Positions 36,691 to 47,730 of a stretch of DNA of 64,000 nucleotides are shown one piece after another; the first letter of the stretch is position 1; each line of letters starts with the position of its first letter. The DNA lies in the NCBI GenBank assembly GCA_964234715.1, contig OZ174291.1; one strand, written 5' to 3'. The position numbers were made by a program, and so were the translations under genes. The notes beneath the pieces are model-generated. The model made no database searches. It had not been told where the DNA came from and was given only the letters and a program-made list of their open reading frames with translations. Source of the stretch: Podarcis melisellensis (lineage: Eukaryota).

Positions 36691-39557
36691 ACTTCCTAGA
36701 GTGGGGCAGCTATATAAATATGGGGAAAGCAAAATTTCACTCAGAAAAGGATCTGAAATATTTTCCTTGAAGCCTGAATTTGTTCTATTCTGGATTGTTT
36801 TATCTGATTTTGTAATGTGTTGTAAACTGCTTTGAATGTTTTTCTTTAAAATATAAAGTGGTGTAGAAATGAAATGAGTAACCAATAAAAATTCCACTGG
36901 GGGTGGGGGTGGGGAAATGGCACCTAGACATTCTGTTGTGGCGACCGTTACCTAGGTTTAAGGTGCCATTTGGTGATTAGCTTATATATCTTAGTTTCTA
37001 ACTCTGCCTGGGAGTACATGTGGCTCAGCTTCCAAAGTTATCCTTCTTGCCCACTTTTGTCCAATGGATCAGGTTGCACAGCTTGGTTACTGGGAAACAG
37101 CTTCTGTGTTCTTGATCTCACCTTTTGGGCTTTATGCTCCATTGCATGTCAACCCACAACTCCAAATAAGCAGCAGATGGGATCCTGTGCCTTAAAAACT
37201 GCATGAACAGGGCAGGCACTGCTCACCAGACCCCACTTTTAACTGAGTAACACCACTGAAGAAGGAACTTCAGCAAAGCTTCTCTCATCTTTGCATGATC
37301 AGCTGTGTTTGCAAAAGTCCCTTCTGGTTCAGGCAATTTGTACCTTTTTTGCTGCTACTTAGTTATCTCCTGGAATTCATAAACAATCACTGTTACTAGC
37401 CTGGCAGTCTTCAGGGAGTATGAGTGAAGCACCTTGGCACAGAGAAACACACTTCGTTGCCAAGTTAGCTACAGTGGCTGAATTTAACTGCATAAAGTCT
37501 TCAACACCAAATCCAAGACTATATACAACTTACTGTATGGGTACTCTTTGGAGCCAAAAGGACTGCAAGTAGGAATTTCTCACCTCAAAGTGTGGCTTAA
37601 TACTGCCAGATTGGGAGATGAAACAAGCAAACACATAATGGGCGTTGGTCTGCAACTCCTAAGATGCTGAAGCAACAGAGGGACTGCAAAGGTGGAGGCT
37701 TGCCTTATCTGTATGGGTGCTTAATAGGTAATAAATATTATGGATTATTTCAGCATTTGTTTATCCCTGTCTTAACTCTCCCCGGCTTCTCCCCGCCATG
37801 AACACAGCTCAGCCAATCAATTTCAAATGAACCAGGCCTTTCCTCACATGACTTACAACCCTACCAATTCCTTGCCTTGACCTCTCCCTAGAGACATCTA
37901 ACTTTATATACGGAGTTACATCTTACCTATCAGCATGATATAGCTAGATTCTAACCACTTTCCAGACAAGCTACAAGGAAAATGAAAAAACTGTGCATTT
38001 TAGTTGTATATTTTGGTTGTTGTTTTTTGGAAGAAAGAATACTTTAACATATTACCATGCAATTCTCACCTGGAAGGTATCAACCTCAGCAAAAATTGAC
38101 GTGGATGGTTATTTTGGATTTCTTCCCCAACCCAAGAAAAGCTCCAGATTGGAGAAATTTGTTTTGTTAACACATTTTTGCAAACACTGTACTGAAGAGT
38201 TTTAGTAACCAACTAAAGTACTACTCAGATGTTCAACATTCTGAAAATTAGGTATATATCCCTCTCCAAACCCCCAAAAAGTGGAAGTAAAAAATAATAA
38301 TAATTAAATTACTAGAACAGAAATAGTAGATTACTAAAACAAGCTAAAAAAAATCAGTCTTTGCTGCCTGTCCCTAGCCATCAGATTTGCTATGCTGTCT
38401 TGGATCTAACAATGACATTCTAACTGCTCGGCAGGAAGCTGTTAGCAACAGAATGTTGATAAATACTGCAGCTTCTAAGAGAGAGGTAAAAGGTCATGCA
38501 GGCCTTGGGAAGGAGAAGCCATGTGCTGTCAGCAATAAAGGGAAAGGGAGGGGGGAATCAGTTAAGAAGGCCAGGAAGTAGAAAACACAGGAAGTGCAAA
38601 AGTAAACTGGCTGAAGGAATGAGAACAGAGCAGGCAGTGGGCTGGGAAGCATGGGCTTAAGTGATTGATGGCTATAGAGGCAGGAAGAAGAGAGGCAGTT
38701 CTTGTTTTTAAAAAGGATCTACTTGCTGAAAGCAAAGTGACAGGTAGGTAAGGAAGCTGGGTGAGGGGAAAGGGTAGGATTGTGCCCTAGATTGCACAAG
38801 GTCAAAAGGCTGATTAGGTGGTGGGCAGGCTCCATATCGCATGGATTTGAGCCGATCTTCAGTCATCAGTGCTGCAAGCTTATAGCAATTCAATCAATAA
38901 CTAACTAAAACTTTAAATACACACTGAACATCCACAAACACCACATAACTAGTAGGGCTAACAAGAAGCAGAGACCTGGGAACTGTGAAAGACCTGGGGG
39001 CTTTTTCATTGCTGTTCTGAACTGGATGAAAGAGAAATTTAAAGTCATTTTTAAATTTAAATTTAAAGTTAGAAAACTTCTTTTGGGGTGGGAGAATACA
39101 TTGACTGTTTTTCTTCTAATACGCTGGCTGTTCAGCTAAAATCAATTTTTAAGGCATCTTTCTGGGATTTCGTTAAATTTACTGGTTGAAAACATGTATT
39201 TGAAATTGTTCTGGCTCTACGAATGGTATATACAAATTTGGATGCAAATGTATTGAGGAAGCAGTGAGCTTTGGTTCATTAAATTTCTCACACAGAAAAT
39301 AAAGTACCCACTTTCAAATCCTCAAACAAGGCCTTTTGCCAAGAATGTACATGTATTTAAATTGAATCTATTTAAGAAAATCATTGGTTAGAAGCCAGAC
39401 TAATCAAATATTAAAATCTAGCCAGCGGACAGCCCTCCCAGCTGCTGAACATGGCTGGAGTAGTTTGGAACTCTTGTCAGCCCCCGTGGGAGAGGCGAAC
39501 CCGTACATGGGTCTTTTTCCTTCCTGTTCCTAGCCCACCTGGCTCCCCCTTTCCCAC

Positions 39558-39969
39558 CTTGGAATTCTGTGTTGTCAAGGCCCCTGATGGCCTCCACGGC
39601 ATCCTCTGCTCTCTCCATGTGCACAAATGCGTAATCCTTAACAATGTCGCATTCAAGCACCGGCCCATACTCCTCAAACTTGGTTCGCAGCTCCAGGTTG
39701 GTGCAGCCGGGGCTGATGTTGCCTACGTGCAGTTTGGTGGAAGCCTTGCTCTTGTTCTTACTGGCCTCCACGTTGATGCACACCCCGTGCAGCTTGTAAT
39801 GGTGCAGGTTGCGGATGGCATCCTCGGCTGCCGTCTTGTCCTCAATGTGCACAAAGCCGTAGTTCTTGATGATGTCACATTCCAGAACCCGTCCATACTG
39901 CTCAAAAAGGGAGCGGATCTCCTGCTCCGTGGCCTCCCGAGGAAGATTGCCAATAAAAAGTTTCACCAT
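39558..39969 (-). CDS. RBM4B: RBM4-family coding exon 1 (two RRMs)
   Basis: Kozak gccaccATGG at 39969; the exon starts at 39980. Encodes [26 protein letters not shown]...IIKNYGFVH...LDNTEFQ G|gtggga. 412 nt. Confidence 0.96.
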
Positions 39970-40734
39970 GGTGGCTAATGCTGAGCGTGGGGGACAAGAA
40001 AGAGGCTGTATTTCAATGAAGGAAGACAAACAGTATTAAGACACTTACGCAAAGAAAGAAAACCAAACCGGGATTCACTAGTCAAAGAACAATTCCTCAC
40101 ATCAAGATCAAGAGCATCTAATGAATTTCACAAGCCCCCTTCAAGTGCTATCTTCCAAGAGATCATAATCTTGTTGAGAAGGCCCTCACTACTATGGCTC
40201 TACCCCCATATGGGGGCGGGGGATATCTGTACAGAGAAGCAGACTCTAGATAAGTAGGCTTCCCATGGTTTGCAAACTGGTATGATCAGGGCTCTAAGTC
40301 ACGGGTACTTCAAGCACTCTCCTCTTCAGAAGTTCTTCTCTTATGTGTGTGGATGGCAGTGCACAGGCAAAAGCCCCCTCTTTCTCCATGCAGCAGATGG
40401 ACTGCCTGTTTTTAGAAATATTGTAATTAGGCTTATGTACTTGCTTCTCTGAGCTCCTTTGGGAGGAAGAATGTAAACTTTTATAGTAATAATAACTGGA
40501 GGATCTAAACCTGGATTTCCTATATCCAAAGTAAGTGATCTATCCTATTTACCACAAACTGATTTTCTAGGAAGATTCACTTATTCAACAGATTTATATT
40601 TACCTCATAAGCATTCAGATATTCAAAGCAGCTCACAAGAATGCCTTAATTATGTTTAAAGTCTCTGTAAAAGCAGGCCTCTGCATACAAATCCAAAGGT
40701 GCATTCTGCCCACATGCTGCAACATTTATTTATA

Positions 40735-40972
40735 CAGTCGTACCTTGGATCCCAAACACCCTGGAACTCAAGACATTTTGGCTCCCAAATGCCGCAAAAC
40801 CTGGAAGTGATTGTTCCAGTTTGCAAACGGTCTTTTGGAACCCGAATGTCCGATAGGGCTTCTGCGGCTTCTGATTGGCTGCAGGACTCCAGCAGCCAAT
40901 CAGAAGCTGCAATTTTGTTTTCAAACATTTTGGAAGTCGAACGGATTCCGTTCAACTTCCAAGGTATTGCTA
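40735..40972. mobile_element. Tigger-like MITE
   Basis: TA|CAGTCGTACCTTGG ... CCAAGGTATTGCTA|TA. Internal palindrome CTTCTGATTGGCTGC...GCAGCCAATCAGAAG. Confidence 0.7.
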
Positions 40973-42179
40973 TATACTGCTTGATTGTAACAAAACCTCT
41001 CTAACCTATCATAAGCATTGTCATTCCCACTCTCTTTTGTCAGGCTCTTTATCTGTGACTTTAACAGTGGCTTGGCATAGAAAAATTTAGAAAGCGACTC
41101 TTTTACATTCACTTCATGCAAGAAAAACTTCCCCTACAGAATTTCTGGGCAACAGATTGTTGCTATAGCAGAAGATCAGAACATCTTTTGTGAGGTACAT
41201 CCCTCTGGAATTACCTTCCACAAAGCAGCATCTCTCCTAACCTTTGGGGATTAAGGCTTGGTTGGTTTATTCAATTTCTGCTATTGAATTGGAGCTCCTT
41301 GTGTTGGTGCTGCTTTGTGGATTTGTGCCACACCCTCTTGAAGTGCACAGCTCCCTACCTTCAAATAAATCCCTTTTCAAAAAACCAGTCTCTCCTCAGG
41401 GCCTTTGGATTACATCCCCCCACTCTCAACACTGCAATTATAACCAAGATTGACATTGCATCTCTTTTCATGCTCTTTTAAGGTTTTTTTTTAAATGTAT
41501 TGTTAGGACTCTTATTTCATATATATTGCAAGCCACCAAGCACTCTATTGAGGGAGTGGAAAGATGGCATATAAACTTCGGGGGGGGGGGATGCAAGTAG
41601 ATGCATTAAATTGCTTTTGCTACCTGCTTACCTCACCGTCCTCTCATTTTCTAATTTAGATAGTAAGTTAACAATGCAGTCCTTTGCATGGCTCTATAGA
41701 AACAAGCTTTTGAGTTCAATAAGACTGAAGCCTAAATATGGGCTGCATATGCACTGTGCTTTTAAAGCACATGAGCTCTCCTAAGGAATCTTGGGAACTG
41801 TAGATTGTTGGGGTACAGGGAATTGTTCAATGAGGGGTAAATTATAGTCCCTAGGATTCTTTGGGAGACCCCAACTGCTTTAAATGTATGGTGTGCATGC
41901 AGCACGAGTTTAGTTTAGGGCAAAACTAGATGTGACATTGGTTTAGTATTGCATAGTTGTTTTTAATGAAATAGTCAGTGTGTGGGGTGGAAACTGAATT
42001 GTGACAGTAGTGTGGGCTGAGGGGAAGTTTTATTTATTATTGAGATTTATACCCTGCCCTTCACCCAAAGGTTGTAGGGTATGGGTCACATCAACAGAAA
42101 TAAAAAATAAAATTAAAAAATTATACAACTAAAACTAACACACATTTCTGATATGATAAAAATACATTTATTCTTCTGC

Positions 42180-43750
42180 CACTACCCAAAGGAAACAAAA
42201 ACGGTTTCAACCATCACTGAAACCCCTATGGCATGATAGCCCCATGTAGAGTGCATTGCAGTACTGTAGTTGGTTTGGAAATTACCAAATCATGGGTTAC
42301 TGTAGCCACTCTATCTCAGTCAAAGAAAGGCCATAGCTGGTGAACCAAAAGTAGCTAGTAACAGAAACACTGTGACGAGTGCAATCTCTCCAGAATAAGG
42401 TGTGAACCCACTTCCTGAATATAGGACCAAAAAGCCACAGAATCTCCATCCTTTCAGTTCAGTGCCCGCCCCCAGCCCTCCACCACTTCTACGCAATCAA
42501 TTCGCACCCAAAAACCTTCTGATTCCAATGCAAAGAAGGCATCATCAGCATATTGATGCCAACTCATCCGACATCCCCTGATGATGGTAATCAACAGCTT
42601 CACATAGATGTTAAACAGCATGGCAGACAGGATGGACCCCCTACAAAGCTGAACAGCGCAATTACTATGGGATCAAGCAGGAATCTCAAAAGGCTATTCT
42701 CTGAATCTGATACCCAGAGTAGATGAACTACCACTGCACAACACTGCCTCCAATTCCCAATTTACAAAAGCGGCCCAGTAGGACACCAGAGCTAAGTATA
42801 TCAAAAGCTGTTAAGTGACAATCAACAGAGTCATACACACTCCCATCCCTCTCCCAATTCAAATAATCAATAAGGGCAACCAAAGCTGCCTCTGTGCCCA
42901 AACTAGGCAGTTGACTGAAATAGGCCATGATAACATGCTTCTTCCAAGCACACCTGAAGTTGAACAGCTATTACCTTCTCAATTGCCTTGCTCCCAAAAG
43001 TGGGTATCATATTTCTCGGTCTAAGGAAGGCTTCTCCAGGAGGGATTGCACTCTCCTTCAAGGCAACCAACACAGCACAATCCTCCCTAAATGAAGTATT
43101 GACTGGTTGGTTAATCCCTTTCAACTAGCTTTTATAAGCTAGGATGAGCAAAGCGTCAAGATTGCAGATGGTAGGCCAAACCTCTTCAACTATCTTCTCC
43201 AGGTCATTGGGGCACAACAGCTAAAATTGATCCCATTTATCCAACCTTGACACTGCCAGAGACTTCCCCTTGACTTGCAGAAATATGCTGTCCATGTCAG
43301 ACCAAATGCAAATGATTTTGTATTAAAAGTGCCTTGCAAATCTCTCACAGCAAGTGATAACCATAGTTCCCCCTCATGAGGAGTGGGAAACCTTGAACTA
43401 TGTAGAACAGCTCTGCTAAACTGCTATTTGAGGATACCATGGTGGCAAAGTAATAAGGCATCACCACCACATGGTAGGTATGAACATACACTCTTACCTT
43501 TGCTTGGCCATATTCCATGATAGACTTGTGCCACTTATGTTCAAACCAGTGGCCAGTCCATTTCACTGATCAAAGGTCCTCCCGAGAACCAGTGGGCCCC
43601 ATCACCTCCATGGACTAAGAGAGAATGCTCAGCAGCAAATTGGCCTAGAGTCCCCTCCATCAGAGCATTTGACAGGGAGACCAGGGCCTCAGCCTTTAAC
43701 CCGTTGCTTCTGTCACAGTCCCAATCAGAAGCAGACCCCCTCTACCCCAT
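42180..43750 (-). mobile_element. decayed L2-type LINE reverse-transcriptase fragment in RBM4 intron 1
   Basis: Frameshifted RT motifs GTEAALVALID...TAFDIL, LFNIY, HQYADD (~42541-42558) and YCNALYMG (~42240-42265). Confidence 0.75.
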
Positions 43751-45059
43751 TTATTACCATGAGAGGAATGTAATACATAACATTTAATTCCAAGCATAAA
43801 AGTAGCACACATCCATTGTACTCTGCCACAAAAACCCATTGAAATTAAATTGGATTTCACTCAGAAGATGGTGCAAAAGCACAATACTCCAGTTTAGTAA
43901 GCACCTTTACGTAGCTCACTTTCAAATGAGATAAGCTAAACAGTATAGTAGAAAGCAAATAAAGTATTTTTGTCACACAATGACTTAACTGCTTTTCTTT
44001 TCCCCCCACAACTTCACCACACTAGCTGAAGTGTTATAAGTAAAATGAGAAGGGGGTGATTTCAGCCCCCAAATCTATTTATTGTTTGCAAAGATCCATA
44101 CCCCGCCTTGTTAATTTAATTGAAATATAGGGTATACATTTTAATAATAAACTTCTTGGGACATGGTCCATCTGCCCCTTCTCTTTACACTTAAGACTTT
44201 GTAAATTTGCGTGTACACAGTGACACTGATGCAAAGATAATAATAAACTGCAACAACAATAATGCTAACAAAACCATTATTTTGTAAGCAACCCAAAGAA
44301 CTTCTTGCAGCTCAGGAGAGTGCCCTCTCAGCGATGCCCCCAAGAACTGATAAACGCCTTTTCCACAGAGGTACAACAGGCACCACGTCTTTACAGCTTC
44401 CATCCGTTGCTGAAGACACACCTCTATATCCTGGTCCTTTGAGTAATGCGCTGTGTGGAATTATTTTGGCGGGTTATGGATGATAGAGCTGTTTTACTGT
44501 CTCATGTTTTTTAAATGCTGCAATTCTACCCTGGGACTGTGGCAAAGGGTAGGCAAGAAACACAACAGCAACAACAATAGCGCACGTAACGTAATACTTT
44601 CTTCATTATTTGCTAGAAATGAACGCTAACACTGGAATATGCTTATTGTTAAGAGTATAAACACAATATGCTAACATATAGCACGTTATGGATAATACTA
44701 AGATCTTATTAAGTTTACATTACAGTATTGAATCTAACGACGTGTCAACATCAATTAGGATAAAACTGAAAGGGTTCATATTGACCACATACTGCTTTTT
44801 TAAAAATAACTGATAGTATTGTATGTTACCGTACTTCGCTGTTTTAGTATACGCCACCCGGAGAAGTTGGTTATCGGGTGGCATATAATTAAAAAATGCT
44901 AGATATTAAAGTATCGATATATAACAGAAGAATAAGGCGAGGAAGAATTAATTAATGTCAATAACATAACAATTATATTATCAGTATTATTTAAATCCAC
45001 AAAACCCACCCAACCCCGCTTTACACTTCAGCCAACCGCCCAGAATTGCACCTCGTTAC

Positions 45060-45130
45060 CTTGCCTTAGCAGCAGCAGCAGCGGCGGCGGCGGCAGCCCA
45101 CGGCACAAAATGGCGGCAGAGACAACGGAA
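45060..45130 (-). other. RBM4B: RBM4 non-coding first exon (5' end approximate)
   Basis: GCCGCCATTTT (YY1 motif, 45107-45116), GCC/GCT repeats, donor AAG|gtaacg at 45060. Confidence 0.75.
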
Positions 45131-45700
45131 AAGCTTCTCACCCGCCCTCCGAACCCCCTAACCCGCGCTCCGCTGTACCCTAATTGGTCCCACGAGGAAC
45201 CGCCGCGCGTGGTGAGTGGGCACGGGCCAGAGTCTATCAAGGAGGTCTAGCCAATGAGAGCCCTCTTTGAAAAGGCAGCCATGTGGGTTGGTTCCTAGCA
45301 TCTGACGTCGACGACGAGGAGGAACAGGGGGGAAATTCTCGCCCCTTGGCGCGCCCACGCCCAGCTTTCTCCTCGTCCCCCGCCCTACGTCGGCTGATCC
45401 TTCCTTCTCAATGACGAGTCGCGTCGTCCGAGAGCGAAGGGTCGTACCATTTTCAGGAGCGTGGGGGTGCTCAGTTGGGAGGTGGGGGCCGCCGAGTGTA
45501 TGTTGCTGAATGGTAGGCGTGTGGATGTGGGAAGTCCCCCCCCCCCCGGTGATACCACGAAAAGGCGGGGGTGGTGTTGGAGTGAATATGGTTTGCTCCA
45601 AGGGAAGGTGGCGGGGACTATTCCATAGAAAGTACTTTTGGGAAGGAGTCCCTGAAAATAGGGGGGGGGGCGAGAGGAGCCTCGGAGTACCTTTATTAAT
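45131..45700 (-). promoter_or_regulatory. RBM4B: RBM4 CpG-island promoter
   Basis: CpG-rich. CCAAT boxes (ATTGG ~45183, CCAAT ~45251), TGACGTC ~45303, GC boxes. Confidence 0.75.
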
Positions 45701-47724
45701 GTTTTCCCATCTATCCGTGATTAACGCTGTTACCCCACTTACTTTGTTTTGTTCCAGGCTCCCCTCTCTCCGTGTTATCCTCACAACAACCCTGTGAGGT
45801 AGGTGAGGCCAAGCAAGGAGGACTGGCCCAAAGTCACCCAGTGGGAGTTTCATTACCGAATGGTAGAGTACCTGCTATGCAATGCAAAATGTCCCAAGTT
45901 CAATTCCTAGCATTGCCTGGTAGGACTCGGGAAGACTCCTTAAAATTATCTGAGAGCTAGTGTGGCATAATGGTTAGTGTTGGACAATAACCAGGCTTTG
46001 GGTCTCCATTCAGTCACCATCTCTCAACCTAACCTCCATCCCAGGGTCACCGTGAGGATGAAATGAGAACACTTAGTATCACCAGAAATAGCCCTGATTG
46101 TGGGGGTTCTCCGTAGGGTGTCTGAAGTAGCGTAGAAACTTTTTTTTTCAGTTGTTCCCCCCACTCACCCATTCACAGCTCACAGTATGGGCAGAAATCC
46201 AGTAGGGAAAGCTTTTTTCCTGTGGGCAGATGCAGTGTGTCAAAAGGGAAGAAAGTATGCCAGATAAGGTCTGACCAAGGGGGAAATGGGGCTGTACTTT
46301 TCTTCTAATTAAGCATCACACAGAGAAGATGTCTACTGAATGCTATGGACAGTGATAGTTAAGTGGAACCTCCATAGACAGGTGCAACCTGAATATCGAT
46401 TAGCAGACAAGACATATTTCATGCTTGTGAGTCTTCCTGGCTGTTGTTAAGATCTTAAGAAGAGCCTGGCTACTGGATCAGGCCAAAGGCCTACTTAGTC
46501 CAGCATCCTGTTCTCTCATTGGACAACCAGATGCCTATGGGAAGCCTGCAAGGAGGACCTGAGTGCAACACTCTTCTCCCCCACTTTTGATTCCTAGAAA
46601 TTGGCATTTAGGCATGCTATCTCTTGGCAGTTGAGGTAGAGCACAGCCATAATGGCTGGTGGCTATTGACAGGCACATAGAATTGTAGTTGGTGTAGATG
46701 ACCCTTGGGCTCTCTTCCAACTCCCTGCAATGCACTAGACAGGCTCTGCTTTACTAGGGCTCCTTTTATGCTAAACCTTTGCCTGTGCTATGTCTGTTAA
46801 AAGACACAGAAGCACTGCCAGCCTTTTTTTAAAAGGGTGGCAGCCTGAAGTTACACTGAAGGAAGCTGATGGCAATAGCCAGTCTATAAAGCAGCCTTAA
46901 GGCTGCACTGGGGGTGGGGGTGACTCCCCTCTTTGGGTTAACAATACTTATCCAATCATGTTCCCCTTCAAATGACGGGTCTCCTCTTGGGGTGCACCAG
47001 TTAAAGTGTTGCATGCTGCAGACTCAGGGTTTTTAACAGGAGCAGCTAGCTGCCTTGCCCCAAGTCAGGCTTTTCTAGCTCAACACTGGCATTGACTCTC
47101 CAGGGAAACCCTTGGGCAAGATGCAGTGCATGCTTCTCTCTTCTTCCCTGCAGCCACTCATTCTGAGCCCAATCTTCACTGTTCCCCAGAGAGAAAGGGC
47201 AGGTGAGTGAGAAGAGGTTTGCAGGTGACAAGGGAGAGAATTGCAGCAAAAGGCTCTGGTGATCAGCAAAGGGGACCCTGTCAAGGTGCCTGAAAATACC
47301 AACTCCATACATGTCCCTGCATTATCACTTTTTGCACAATGACTAGCAAGACAAGGCAAAGCTTTTCTCTGTGTTGGAAAGCTTCACCTGTCTATATTTT
47401 GGCTCATCAGGCAGCTCTCTCCATCTTAAAAAAGCAACTGACCAAGCAGACTTGTTTTAGAACTTTTTGTTTTTAAATTTGTTTTAACTTTGGGACACTT
47501 TTATTATGTGGTTTTTATCTTTTTAATGTTGTGAACCATTTCGGTATATTTTTTATCATTTGGTGGTATATAAGTATTTTAATAAATAAGTAAATACGAT
47601 CCTGCTCAGCCTATTTGCCTTTTAACGCAGAGACAGCAACACAGGGAGGGGATTTCAGATTTTGCTGCCATCGCAACAGGTGGGCAGGAATGAAACAGGC
47701 TGGCTACTCTCTACACAGATTCTT

Positions 47725-47730
47725 TTTATT
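47725..47730 (-). terminator. SPTBN2: candidate SPTBN2 polyA signal (implies ~3.2 kb 3' UTR)
   Basis: TTTATT on plus (AATAAA on minus), between the SPTBN2 stop and the RBM4 promoter. Confidence 0.4.

Noticed and set aside
45158-45853. 231-aa minus-strand ORF
   Set aside because: Spans the RBM4 promoter island and a MIR-like SINE; no protein-family features.
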